From positions 129,540 to 193,539 of the forward strand of contig PLCM01000031.1 of the NCBI GenBank assembly GCA_003134765.1: DNA of 64,000 nucleotides, given 5' to 3'. Each line of letters starts with the position of its first letter. The first letter of the stretch is position 1. Shown piece after piece: positions 9,373-18,718 of this stretch. Both the position numbers and the translations under genes were made by a program. Origin of the DNA: Spartobacteria bacterium. Lineage in GTDB: Bacteria; Verrucomicrobiota; Verrucomicrobiia; Chthoniobacterales; UBA10450. Under the pieces are notes generated by a model that saw nothing but the letters and a program-made list of their open reading frames with translations, was not told the DNA's origin and did no database searches.

Positions 9373-11521
9373 CGAGCGGATTCCGCGGCTTGAGCGACTG
9401 CGCCTTGCGAGCCAGCTCGATAAACCCCGCCCGGTATCCCGCCGTGTCCCGGCCCCTGCCCTCCTGCGCCCACTCGATCACCGCGCCGAAACTCCCCTTC
9501 CCTTTGTACTGCGAGTCGCGCAGCAGCATCCCGAACTCCGCCACCGCGGCCGCGAACTTCAGATCCGGCGCGGCATTCTCGAACTTCGAGCCGTTATCGG
9601 TGAACGACCGCTCGGTCAGTTCGCTCGTCTCGCCATCCGGCTTTTTGTGGCGCAATTTCACCGTCACCATTTCCGGCGAAGCATTGGAATCGTTTTTGGC
9701 CGCCGCCGAAGAACTCGGCGATTGATATTTCAGCGGATCAACCGGCGGCGCGCTCGTCGCCGGATCGGTCGCGCCCGTGCCCGCCGGCACCACTTCATAC
9801 AGCGCGGTCACGGTATGCCCGGCGCCGATCTCACCGGCATCAATCTTGTCGTTGTTAAAATCTTCCTTTCGCAACATTCGCTTCTCGTATCCGATCAAAC
9901 GATACGACGCCACCCGCGCCGGATTGAACTCCACCTGGATCTTCACGTCCTTCGCGATCGTCATCAGGGTCCCGTTGATCTGCTGCACCAGGACCTTGCG
10001 CGCTTCGTCGATTGAATCGAGATACGCGTAGTTGCCGTTCCCCTTGTCGGCGAGCTTCTGCATCGTCGAATCCTTCAGGTTGTCCGTGCCCACGCCGAGC
10101 ACGCTCAGGAACACGCCGGATTTTGCCTTCGCCTCGATCAACCGGATCAGGTCGCCCTGGTTGGTCACGCCGATGTTGAAATCGCCGTCCGTCGCCAGGA
10201 TCACGCGGTTCACCCCGCCCCTGATGAAATTGTCCGCCGCTACCTTATAGGCCAGCTCGATCCCTTCCGCTCCATTGGTCGATCCGCCCGCCTGCAATTC
10301 TTCCAGCGCCCGCAGAATCTTTTCCTTCTCGTTTCCGCTCGTGGAGTTGAGGGCCAGTCCCGACCCGCCGGCGTAGATCACGATCGCCACGCGATCCTTC
10401 TCCGTGAGTTTATCGACGAGCAATCGCATCGCCTGTTTCACCAGCGGCAGCCGCTCCGCGGGCATCATCGAACCGGAAACATCGAGCAGGAACACGAGGT
10501 TGCTGGCCGGGCGATTTTCGTTCGCCACTTCCCGCCCTTTCAAACCGATGCGCAGGAGCCGATGACTCGGGTCCCACGGACAGGCGGTCGAATCCAGGTC
10601 GATCGAGAACGGTTTGTCGCCCTCGGGCTCTCGATAATCGTAGCTGAAGTAGTTGATCATCTCCTCGACCCGCACCGCATCCTTCGGCGGCAGCGATCCG
10701 GAATTGATGAACCGGCGAGCGTTCGAATAGGAGGCCGTGTCCACATCGATTGAGAACGTCGAGAGCGGGTTGTTCGCCGCCGGCAGAAACGGATTTTCCT
10801 CGACCCGATCGTAGGTGGCCGTGTTGAAATCCTGCCGGTAGCGCGAAGGCGCTTCGGCCTCAGTCGTTTCGCCGCCACCGGCCACGTAATTATAGGCCCG
10901 CTTCATCGGCATTGGAGGCGGCGGCGCCGAAGGATTCAAAGCGAGACCGCGGGTTTTCCCGGCGGCCGCCACGTCACGAGACGCACTTTGTTTTTGTTCG
11001 CGCAATTCAGTCGGCGCGCTGGGTGCTGGGGTCGCCTGCGGTTCAACCGGTTGTTGCGCGACCTCCATCTCCACGCTCGGTCCCGGCTCCGCTTCGACGG
11101 TCGTTTCCGGCTCCTTCGACCGAGGCGGCAGGTTCACTGCTTTCGACGGCTTCGGGTTATCCGCGATCCGTTTCTCGAGTCGTCCGGTTTCCCGCTGAAT
11201 GGTTGAAATCACCAACGCTCCCAGCACCGCAAAAATCGCTAGCGCCGCCGCGAGCGATCCCCATTGAAATCTGGAAGACTCGCGGCGCTCCTCTTCCATC
11301 CTCATCAGGTAGGGACGTTTCTCCGAGACGTCCGACTTCGGCAGTTGCCGGTCCGCTTCATATTCCGCCCGCAGAAGCCGCGCGAATTGCTGGGTTTCGG
11401 CAACGAAGGTTTGCGCGTCGGGTGACGCCGCCACCGCTTCCGCCATCTTCGCGTGCTCGTCGGCGGAGAGCTCGCCAAGCGCGAACGCCGTCAGGTTTGG
11501 ATCATCGAGGTTTACTTTCAT
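9368..11521 (-). CDS. Anti-sigma-factor-like membrane protein with periplasmic von Willebrand A (VWA) domain
   Basis: The N-terminus is MKVNLDDPNLTAFALGELSADEHAKMAEAV, followed by one TM helix (LAAALAIFAVLGALVISTI). The VWA MIDAS region is NLVFLLDVSGSM...ILATDGDFN, followed by a YfbK-like C-terminus. The ATG at 11519-11521 overlaps the sigma stop (ATGA). Confidence 0.8.
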   Translation of the reverse strand: MKVNLDDPNLTAFALGELSADEHAKMAEAVAASPDAQTFVAETQQFARLLRAEYEADRQLPKSDVSEKRPYLMRMEEERRESSRFQWGSLAAALAIFAVLGALVISTIQRETGRLEKRIADNPKPSKAVNLPPRSKEPETTVEAEPGPSVEMEVAQQPVEPQATPAPSAPTELREQKQSASRDVAAAGKTRGLALNPSAPPPPMPMKRAYNYVAGGGETTEAEAPSRYRQDFNTATYDRVEENPFLPAANNPLSTFSIDVDTASYSNARRFINSGSLPPKDAVRVEEMINYFSYDYREPEGDKPFSIDLDSTACPWDPSHRLLRIGLKGREVANENRPASNLVFLLDVSGSMMPAERLPLVKQAMRLLVDKLTEKDRVAIVIYAGGSGLALNSTSGNEKEKILRALEELQAGGSTNGAEGIELAYKVAADNFIRGGVNRVILATDGDFNIGVTNQGDLIRLIEAKAKSGVFLSVLGVGTDNLKDSTMQKLADKGNGNYAYLDSIDEARKVLVQQINGTLMTIAKDVKIQVEFNPARVASYRLIGYEKRMLRKEDFNNDKIDAGEIGAGHTVTALYEVVPAGTGATDPATSAPPVDPLKYQSPSSSAAAKNDSNASPEMVTVKLRHKKPDGETSELTERSFTDNGSKFENAAPDLKFAAAVAEFGMLLRDSQYKGKGSFGAVIEWAQEGRGRDTAGYRAGFIELARKAQSLKPRNPLG

Positions 11522-12081
11522 GAGACAATTCGAGGTGTGAACGGCAGAAAATCCCGGGATGTCTGCCCGTAACGCTGCCGCAGGGTTTTGAGGGCGTTGT
11601 GGATCATCACCCCCACGTTGCTGACCGAGAGCTGGGTGATCTCGCTGATCTCCTGGTAGCTCAGGTCGTTTTGAAATTTCAATTGCAGCACTTCCTGTTG
11701 CCGCGGCGGAAGAGTCCCGAGAATTTTCAGGAGAAACCCGCTTGCTTCCTTCGCTTCGAGTCTTTCCGACGGGGCCGGTTGCTCGCTCTCGCGCGCCTCG
11801 AGGAGTTCCTGGTCGAGATACGTCATCCGTTTTTCTTTCCGGCAAATATTGAGCGCGCCGTTGCGGCAAACCGTGAAGAGCCATTTCGCCGGCGCGTCGT
11901 CGAATTGCTGTCGCTTTTCCTTTTGCAGTTTCACAAATGTTTCCTGGACCACGTCGCGCGCCCGGTCGGGGTCGCCCAAAATCCGGGTCGCGTATTGCAA
12001 AAGCGGCCGTTCAAATCGTTGCAGGAGTGCGTCCATCTGCTGGCCATTCATTTTTCCCGCCTCGGCTTCAACGCTTTGCAT
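11518..12081 (-). CDS. ECF (sigma-70 family, group 4) RNA polymerase sigma factor
   Basis: Region 2 is DPDRARDVVQETFVKL and region 4 is LPPRQQEVLQLKFQNDLSYQEISEITQLSVSNVGVMIHNALKTLR. The ATG at 12079-12081 is preceded by aaggaa. The longer ORF-track extension runs through a repeat element. Confidence 0.88.
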   Translation of the reverse strand: MQSVEAEAGKMNGQQMDALLQRFERPLLQYATRILGDPDRARDVVQETFVKLQKEKRQQFDDAPAKWLFTVCRNGALNICRKEKRMTYLDQELLEARESEQPAPSERLEAKEASGFLLKILGTLPPRQQEVLQLKFQNDLSYQEISEITQLSVSNVGVMIHNALKTLRQRYGQTSRDFLPFTPRIVS

Positions 12082-12194
12082 GTTCCTTTCAAGGAGTCTA
12101 ACGCCCGAGCGAGCCGAAATATTAACGGTTATTTTCTGCCGGGCGTGCCGGCCAGACACTAGTTGAGCGGAAGAACTAATCAGTCTCATTCCTC

Positions 12195-12302
12195 CTGTAG
12201 CCGGCGCCCTGCCTGCCACGCCGGAGCCGCGAGAAGGCGGGTGGGCGACGTGAGAGAGGCGGCGCACGGAGGCCCACGCTTCGCGCAGCGAAGCGGCTAC
12301 AG
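12195..12302. repeat. Palindromic element with CTGTAGCC...GGCTACAG termini (copy C1)
   Basis: ctgtagccggcgccctgcc ... cgcagcgaagcggctacag. Related copies are at 27025-27129 and 40866-40975. Confidence 0.7.
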
Positions 12303-12321
12303 AAGAGCGGGCGAAGAGTAC

Positions 12322-12359
12322 AAAAAAAACGCCGGGAACACATGTAGTGTTCCCGGCGT
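12322..12359 (-). terminator. Rho-independent terminator downstream of the outer-membrane protein gene
   Basis: A perfect 13-bp stem acgccgggaacac/gtgttcccggcgt has a 5-nt loop. On the minus strand it is followed by a run of 8 T (A8 at 12322-12329 on plus). Confidence 0.8.
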
Positions 12360-12379
12360 TTAAGATTATACGGCGTTGT

Positions 12380-13057
12380 TTAGAACGCGAAGTTGATACC
12401 GGAGCGGGCCATTCCGAAATTGTTATCGGAGCCCGAGACAACGTTCCAGCTGATGTCGTTGGTCCAGCCGACGTGCGGGGTGAAGCGAACTTCAAACCCA
12501 CCGCCTACCTGGCCGACCGCACGGGTGCGGCTGTCATCAAACTCTCTCCGAACGATCCCCAGCGGTTGGGTGGGATCGAGGACGAAGTCGTGACTGCGGC
12601 CGCCACCGAAGACGCCACCGCCGCCGAGCCACACATAGGGGGCGAAGCGCGAGCAGCTAATCGGGAAGCGCAGCGTGAACGTGCCGAGGACGCCGCCAAT
12701 GGCGTGCGCCTCTTCGCCGCCCCAGACCCGGGTGAAGCCGTTGTCGAGAATTTCATGCGAATCCGCGCGAGCGGCCCAGCCCTGGACACCGAAACCGAAG
12801 TAACGGTGCACAAAGTATTTGGCGTCGAGCGCACCCCCCCAGGCATGATCGACTCCGAAGTAGCGATCATTGCGCCAGTCGTTGCCGGTAGCGACGTAGG
12901 TGCCGCTCAGGGTGAGGTTAAATTCGTTGTCCGCATACCATTGCGGGCAGGGAGGCGGGGTGACGCTCTTCGATTCCTTCGAATAGGTCTCCGTCCCAGC
13001 AACAGCGGCCGAGGCCAGCGCGACTGCCGCGCATAAGCTAAATGTTAGTTTTTTCAT
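12380..13057 (-). CDS. Outer-membrane beta-barrel protein (OmpA-like barrel / porin family)
   Basis: Signal peptide MKKLTFSLCAAVALASAAVAG, alternating aromatic/Gly beta-strand pattern, and the C-terminal ...SGINFAF ending in Phe. The ATG at 13055-13057 is preceded by ggag. Confidence 0.7.
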   Translation of the reverse strand: MKKLTFSLCAAVALASAAVAGTETYSKESKSVTPPPCPQWYADNEFNLTLSGTYVATGNDWRNDRYFGVDHAWGGALDAKYFVHRYFGFGVQGWAARADSHEILDNGFTRVWGGEEAHAIGGVLGTFTLRFPISCSRFAPYVWLGGGGVFGGGRSHDFVLDPTQPLGIVRREFDDSRTRAVGQVGGGFEVRFTPHVGWTNDISWNVVSGSDNNFGMARSGINFAF

Positions 13058-13214
13058 TCGTTTTCTCCTGTTTTGGTTAAGTGCTTCCGTGCATACTTCC
13101 CGTGCAGTTAACACGCATCGTCAAAGAACGCATTCGGCGGTGCTTTTGGATGTCCGCGATCTTGCCACAGGCAAACTATTTTGCAAGGGCTCAATCGTGA
13201 TTTTTTCCCGCCTG

Positions 13215-14789
13215 TCAAGGTTTTAGTTCGGCCCCGGTACTGGCATCGGTAACCACGAATTTTTCGTGGTGATAACTCGGGTCGCCCCGGAACAAAAGGC
13301 GCCCCCCATACCGTCGCTCGAGCTCGATCAAAAACTCTTCATCCTCCTCCTTTAGCCTCTTTAACACGTCAGGATTCAAAATGATGCGCAGTTCGTGCAC
13401 GGTTTCCTGATATTTTCGCATGACGGTGTTGAGCGTGCGGTGCAGCTCCACGCTGGTTGTCATCGAGGTCTTCACCACCCCGCGCCCCTGGCAGTACGGG
13501 CAATTTTCATAAATCGAATCGCTCAGGCTTTCCTGCGCGCGCTGGCGGGTCATTTCCAGCAGGCCGAGGGCGGACAGGGGAAGGACATGGGTCTTGGCCT
13601 TGTCCCGCTTCAAACGCTCTTTCATCAGGCTGTACACGGCCTGCTGGTCCCGGCGGCTTTTCATATCGATGAAATCGCCGATGATCAGTCCTCCGATATT
13701 TCGCAGGCGCAATTGCCGCGCGATTTCGTCCGCCGCTTCCAGGTTCGTTTGCAGAATTGTCTTTTCCACATCGCGCCCGCCCTTGTTTCGGCCGGTATTG
13801 ACGTCGATCGCCACCAGCGCCTCCGTTTCGTCGATTACGATGTAACCGCCGCACTTCAGCCAAACCTGGCGATGGAAGGCGTCATCGATCTGCTTCTGGA
13901 CCCCAAACGTCTCGAAGATCGGCGTCGCGCCATCATAAAACCGGATGCGGTTTCGCGCTCGCCGTGAGATCTGTCCGACCATCGCGTTCATCCGGTCGAT
14001 CGCGGCCCGGTCGTCGCAGACGACTTCGTCGATCTCGTCCGTCAGGAAATCGCGCACCGTTCGCTCGACGAGGTCCGGCTCTTCAAAAACTCGGCAGGGG
14101 GCCGGCTCGTCCCGGATCAATTGCTCAACGCGCGCCCATTGCTCGACGAGAACGCTCAGGTCGCGCACGAAATAACGGGCGCGCTGTCCCTCCCCGACCG
14201 TCCGAATGATCACGCCTACGCCCTCGGGAATTTCGAGACCGCGCAGGATCTTGCGAAGACGGTCCCTCTCCTTGGGATCCTCGATCTTGCGCGAGATGCC
14301 GCTGCGATCGCTGTAGGGCATGAACACCAGGTAGCGCCCGGCGAAGCTCAGGTTCGTCGTCACCCGGGGGCCTTTCGTGCCGATGGGCCCCTTGGTGACC
14401 TGCACAATCACATCCGAGCCCACCGGGTAAATGCTGGGAATGTCCTTGGCCGTGATCCGCTTTTTTGGCCGCCGATCCTTGGGCCGATCGATTTCCTCAA
14501 TTCCGCTATCGAGAGCGGCGGGAATGGCGTCCCAGAAATGAAGGAAGGCGTTTTTCTCGAAGCCGATGTCCACGAACATCGCCTTCAGCCCCATCTCTAT
14601 GTTCTTAACTTTTCCCTTGTAGACGCTGCCGACGATGTTCCGGGAGGTGTTCCGTTCGACGTTATATTCTTCCAGCCGTCCGTTCTCGAGCAACGCCACG
14701 CGGCGCTCGAGTTTCTCGACGCTGATTACCAGTTTGTTGCCGGTCTTGGGCGAACCGAGACCTAAAATGCGTTTTACCTTGTCTATCAT
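13215..14789 (-). CDS. rng: Ribonuclease E/G family endoribonuclease
   Basis: It has an S1 domain (GSVYKGKVKNIEMGLKAMFVDIG) and the catalytic region GGYIVIDETEALVAIDVNTGRNKG. The 524-aa size fits RNase G. Confidence 0.9.
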   Translation of the reverse strand: MIDKVKRILGLGSPKTGNKLVISVEKLERRVALLENGRLEEYNVERNTSRNIVGSVYKGKVKNIEMGLKAMFVDIGFEKNAFLHFWDAIPAALDSGIEEIDRPKDRRPKKRITAKDIPSIYPVGSDVIVQVTKGPIGTKGPRVTTNLSFAGRYLVFMPYSDRSGISRKIEDPKERDRLRKILRGLEIPEGVGVIIRTVGEGQRARYFVRDLSVLVEQWARVEQLIRDEPAPCRVFEEPDLVERTVRDFLTDEIDEVVCDDRAAIDRMNAMVGQISRRARNRIRFYDGATPIFETFGVQKQIDDAFHRQVWLKCGGYIVIDETEALVAIDVNTGRNKGGRDVEKTILQTNLEAADEIARQLRLRNIGGLIIGDFIDMKSRRDQQAVYSLMKERLKRDKAKTHVLPLSALGLLEMTRQRAQESLSDSIYENCPYCQGRGVVKTSMTTSVELHRTLNTVMRKYQETVHELRIILNPDVLKRLKEEDEEFLIELERRYGGRLLFRGDPSYHHEKFVVTDASTGAELKP

Positions 14790-14867
14790 AAGTGGGGAGA
14801 GTGGGTGTGATCATGAGCGAAGCGTGGCGTATTTGGCTTGACGCTAGATTTCGATCAAGAGTTTTTG

Positions 14868-17129
14868 TCATCTGCGCACCGGCCGTTTTGGCGGTGGCGT
14901 GGGGGCTGGCGTCGGCTTCGGGCGGGCGCCAAAAAGTCTTTCAAAAAAGCTGAGCTTGCGAGGTGGCGGCGTGGCCACAACCACGGGACGCATGACCTTT
15001 TTCTGGACCTTGCCGGCGGCGTCGGGATCTGGTTCCACGTCGGGATCGGCGGTAGTGTTTGCCATTTCTGTGTTGGTCGTTCCATCGAGATTTTCTTCAT
15101 CGCTGGCCGCGAGCTTCGGACTGGAATCCTTGAAGTCGACGGCGGGAATCGACTGGAACGGATTCGATTTATGCGCCGGCGCAAGCCAGGCCAGTTTCGG
15201 ATCGAATGTCCCCTGCTCCATGGCCATGGCGCGCTCGAGAATGCGGGTCGCGATCGGCGCGGCGACCGGGCCGCCGTGCCCGCCGTGCTCGCCGCCTTGC
15301 ACCATGACGGCGATCGTGTATTTCGGATTATTATACGGCGCGAAGCAGACGAACCACGCAGTCGTATCATTCTTTCCGTCAGTCATCGCCTGGGCGGTGC
15401 CAGTTTTGCCGGCGACCTGCACGCCTGGCAAGCGCGCCTTGCCTCCGGTGCCGCCATCTTCGTTCACAACTTTCCAGAGACCGCGGCGCACTAATTCGAT
15501 TTGTTGCGGCGGGAAATCGAACCGCAGATCGTGACGCACTTTCGGCTGGGGGGAAACCACCGGTTCCCCTTTTTCGTTCAGGATCGGTTTGCCATCGATC
15601 ATGCTCGTGACGCTTTGGACGAGCTTGGGATAATAGGAGACGCCGCCATTCGCGACGGTCGAATACACCATCGCGAGCTGGAGAGGCGTAACGAGGTCGT
15701 AGCCCTGGCCGATCGAGACGTTCGCGGTGTAGGCCTGCGACCAGCGTTCGCGCGGATAATGAATCCGCATCCACTCCGGTCCCGGCAGGATGCCAGGCGA
15801 CTCGCTCGTGATCTCGATTCCGGAGGTTTTCCCCAGGCCTAACGAGTCGCCGGTTTCATCAATCGCATCGATCCCGGCCGCGTTCCCGAATTGGTAAAAG
15901 AATGAATTGCACGAAACTTTGATCGCGTCCGAGATGCCGATAATTCCGTGGCTCCCGCCTTTTTCACCGATCCAACAATGGAAAAAATGGTCTCCGTAGC
16001 TAACGCCACCGCCGCAGTTAAAGGTTTTGTTCGCCAGACCTTTTCGGAGCCCGGCCAGCGACGTGACCAGCTTGAACGTCGAGCCGGGCGGGAACCCGCT
16101 TACGGCGCGATTCACCATCGGGTTCGCCTCATCCTTTCGCAGCGCTTCCCAATCCTTCGCCTTGATGCTCGGGATAAACGCATTCGGATCGAACGACGGC
16201 ACCGACGCCATCGCCAGAATATTTCCGTTGTTCGGATCGATCACCACCGCGGCCCCGCGCCCGACCGCGCGCAACGCCTCTTCCGCGATCATCTGAATGC
16301 GCGCATCGATCGTGAGATTGACGTTCGCGCCGGCGGTGGGCGGCACTTCCCGCAGGACCCCGTCGATCTGGCCTTTCGCGTTTCGCCGCATGTAACGGAC
16401 GCCGGGTTTCCCCTTTAAATATTCATCCATCGCCTTCTCGACGTTGGATTTTCCTTCCACGTCCGACTGGTAAAACGTGAACTTCTTCGCCTCCTCCTTG
16501 TTCGTATCGTCGGGCGGGCCGACGTAGCCGAGCAAATGCGAGGCGAGCGCGCCATACACATAAGAACGCACCGGCTTGATGGTGATATCGACGCCGGGCA
16601 AACCGACATCATGTTCGGAGAATTTCGCCATCGTTTCGAAATCGATGTCCTTGAGGTAGGAATACGGGACCTCGGTGTTCGTGCGGAAATGGCGCTGGAG
16701 CTGGACCGAATTGTAGTCGCGCGCCAGGTCGAGATCGTCGAGTCGCGGCACAATGCCGGTGTTTACGATTTTGACGATGTCGGGCTCCTTCAGGTCTTTC
16801 GGCATCCCGTTGATCGTGCTGCGATATTCCGTCAACGGCGGCGGCCCGACGCGTTCGCGATAGCCCTTCACCATTTCCGGCAGATAAAAATCGACTTCGT
16901 AGCTGGCGCGGTTTTGCACCAGGGTGGTTCCGTTTCGATCCCTGATTTCGCCGCGGACCGAGGGGATACGCACCGTCGCTTCCGAGCTTCCGCGAATTTT
17001 TTCGGTCCATTCGCGGCCATGCGCGACCTGAACAAACCAAAGCCTCCCGAGAAGCGCGCCGAGTCCGAGCAGGAAGAGGAGTGCGAGAAATTGCAACCGC
17101 CAGCGGGCGTTAAAACGTCTTTGGTTCAT
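14868..17129 (-). CDS. mrdA: Penicillin-binding protein 2 (elongasome transpeptidase)
   Basis: TM anchor, then the STFK, SCN and KTGT motifs. The ATG at 17127-17129 overlaps the mreD stop (ATGA). It has a long Pro-rich C-terminal tail. Confidence 0.92.
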   Translation of the reverse strand: MNQRRFNARWRLQFLALLFLLGLGALLGRLWFVQVAHGREWTEKIRGSSEATVRIPSVRGEIRDRNGTTLVQNRASYEVDFYLPEMVKGYRERVGPPPLTEYRSTINGMPKDLKEPDIVKIVNTGIVPRLDDLDLARDYNSVQLQRHFRTNTEVPYSYLKDIDFETMAKFSEHDVGLPGVDITIKPVRSYVYGALASHLLGYVGPPDDTNKEEAKKFTFYQSDVEGKSNVEKAMDEYLKGKPGVRYMRRNAKGQIDGVLREVPPTAGANVNLTIDARIQMIAEEALRAVGRGAAVVIDPNNGNILAMASVPSFDPNAFIPSIKAKDWEALRKDEANPMVNRAVSGFPPGSTFKLVTSLAGLRKGLANKTFNCGGGVSYGDHFFHCWIGEKGGSHGIIGISDAIKVSCNSFFYQFGNAAGIDAIDETGDSLGLGKTSGIEITSESPGILPGPEWMRIHYPRERWSQAYTANVSIGQGYDLVTPLQLAMVYSTVANGGVSYYPKLVQSVTSMIDGKPILNEKGEPVVSPQPKVRHDLRFDFPPQQIELVRRGLWKVVNEDGGTGGKARLPGVQVAGKTGTAQAMTDGKNDTTAWFVCFAPYNNPKYTIAVMVQGGEHGGHGGPVAAPIATRILERAMAMEQGTFDPKLAWLAPAHKSNPFQSIPAVDFKDSSPKLAASDEENLDGTTNTEMANTTADPDVEPDPDAAGKVQKKVMRPVVVATPPPRKLSFFERLFGARPKPTPAPTPPPKRPVRR

Positions 17130-17677
17130 TCGTAGGCCTGGTAAGCATCCGCGTCCGGACGATAGGGATTTCTCGTTAGGCCGGCGAGCCAATGCAGGAT
17201 CAAGAAGGCGAGAGGTGCCATGATCATCGCGATCACGCCGGGACCCGCGATTTGCCACCATGCTTCCCGGGTGAAGAAAAGCGAGCCGCGCCGAAACGAG
17301 ATCATGAGGTATTGGGAAAGCAGGATCGCGGAGGTGCAAACACCGCTCATTATGCAATGCACTTCCCAGCGTCCCCGGATAAACAAAGGCCTCAGCCCAT
17401 GCATAATCGCCGCCAGCACGGCGTAGAGGAGTATTGACCATCCGACTGAAATTTCAACCCGGCCCCCGAGAACCTGGGCGGTGACCGCATCGAGCATGAA
17501 CCCCGCGAAAAACGCGAGGGCCATGACCGCCGGAAACGGCAGCGCCATCGCGCCGTAAAAAACAATGATCGGCACGATGTAAATGCGCGCGTTGTACATC
17601 CAATCGAGCGGCGGAATAAAAAATTCCACGATCTGCGCGAGGAAGGTCAGGACAAGCAGGATGGCAAAGAAGATCAT
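17126..17677 (-). CDS. mreD: Rod shape-determining protein MreD
   Basis: 183 aa and polytopic. It lies between mreC and mrdA. Confidence 0.8.
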   Translation of the reverse strand: MIFFAILLVLTFLAQIVEFFIPPLDWMYNARIYIVPIIVFYGAMALPFPAVMALAFFAGFMLDAVTAQVLGGRVEISVGWSILLYAVLAAIMHGLRPLFIRGRWEVHCIMSGVCTSAILLSQYLMISFRRGSLFFTREAWWQIAGPGVIAMIMAPLAFLILHWLAGLTRNPYRPDADAYQAYE

Positions 17678-17687
17678 TGGCGCGGCC

Positions 17688-17822
17688 GAAATGACGAAGG
17701 TCGAATGTCGAATGTCGAAACAAGCCCCAATGACGAATGACCAAAGGCCAATCGATACGGTTTCATTCGAATTTCGAGCTTTGTCATTCTTGCGACATTC
17801 GTCATTCGGATTTCGTCATTTT
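17688..17822. repeat. Low-complexity palindromic spacer element (aatgacgaa / ttcgtcatt arms)
   Basis: gaaatgacgaa (17688-17698) and ttcgtcatttc (17811-17821) are reverse complements. There are internal cgaatgtcgaatgtcg repeats. It fills the mreC-mreD spacer. Confidence 0.55.
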
Positions 17823-18619
17823 CTTCCCGTCACCACGAACACGTCCTCGAGATGCGACAAGTCGACGGCCGGCGTCACCCGCGCCTGGCCATCCAGCTCC
17901 CGCACGCGGAAACTCTGGATCGTGCCGACGAGCAATCCGGAGGGAAAAACTCCGCCCACTCCTGAGGTATAAACCTTCGCGCCCGGATTCAGGTTCGCCT
18001 GTTTCGAGAGAAAATTCAGGTCGAGCATCGGCGTAACGGAGCCGGTCACGCGCTCGCCCGAAACGATCCCCTGCTCCCGCGTTCCTTCCACGGAGCACGC
18101 GACCTTGCAGTTCTCGTCCGAAATCAAAAGGACCACGGTGATGTTATCGCCCACGGTGGCGGTCTTGCCCACGAGGCCTTCGTCGGTCACCACCGGCTGG
18201 TCGGGTTCGATGTGATCGTTTTTCCCGCGATTGATTGTGATCGTGCGCCACCAGGTCGAGGAATCGCGCGCGAGAATTTCCGCCGGCACCAGCCGGAAGA
18301 GCGCCCGCTCCCGGTAGGCCAGCGCCTGCCGCAGCCGATTGACTTCATGCTCGACATCGCGCAACGCCTGGTTCGTCGCCTTGAGCGAGCGGTTCTCGAC
18401 TTTCAACGAGGCATTGTCCCGCTCCAGTTCCTCCAGGGTTTGCAACCCGCTGCTGACCGACGTGAACTGCTTTTTCAACCCGGACCCGCTCGAAAGAAAG
18501 GGGGAAATCACCTTGTAAAAGCCAGCCTGGAGCGTGCGCGTCCCCTCCGCGCCGAGAGTCAGAAAATAGGCCAGGACCGCACCGAGAACCGCGAGCGCAA
18601 TGATACTCGAACGGTTCAT
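17816..18619 (-). CDS. mreC: Rod shape-determining protein MreC
   Basis: TM helix, then a coiled coil (LEELERDNASLKVENRSLKATNQALRD), then beta-barrel domains. The ATG at 18617-18619 was verified. Confidence 0.88.
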   Translation of the reverse strand: MNRSSIIALAVLGAVLAYFLTLGAEGTRTLQAGFYKVISPFLSSGSGLKKQFTSVSSGLQTLEELERDNASLKVENRSLKATNQALRDVEHEVNRLRQALAYRERALFRLVPAEILARDSSTWWRTITINRGKNDHIEPDQPVVTDEGLVGKTATVGDNITVVLLISDENCKVACSVEGTREQGIVSGERVTGSVTPMLDLNFLSKQANLNPGAKVYTSGVGGVFPSGLLVGTIQSFRVRELDGQARVTPAVDLSHLEDVFVVTGRK

Positions 18620-18627
18620 GACGACTG

Positions 18628-18709
18628 CGAAATGGGGAATGGGGAATGCGGAATGGAAAGAAAAGCTGCGCGATCGGAATGCATTCCGCATTCCGCATTC
18701 CCGATTTCG
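18628..18709. repeat. Low-complexity palindromic spacer element (ggaatgcggaatg / cattccgcattcc)
   Basis: The inverted repeats fill the mreB-mreC spacer. Confidence 0.55.
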
Positions 18710-18718
18710 AATTTGTTC

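Noticed and set aside
11522-11884. N-terminal 121-codon extension of the 838-aa ORF (VWA protein). Similar extensions affect the ECF sigma factor, PBP2, mreC, the REC-kinase, both kinases, pstC and glmS.
   Set aside because: The extensions overlap the upstream gene or a repeat element. Internal ATG codons give canonical N-termini, often with ATGA stop-start overlaps.
12082-12194. Auto-regulated ECF-type promoter (AAC-N16-CGT) upstream of the sigma factor gene
   Set aside because: The candidate AAC and CGTT elements are spaced too far apart (about 23 nt), and I have no orthologue alignment to support them.
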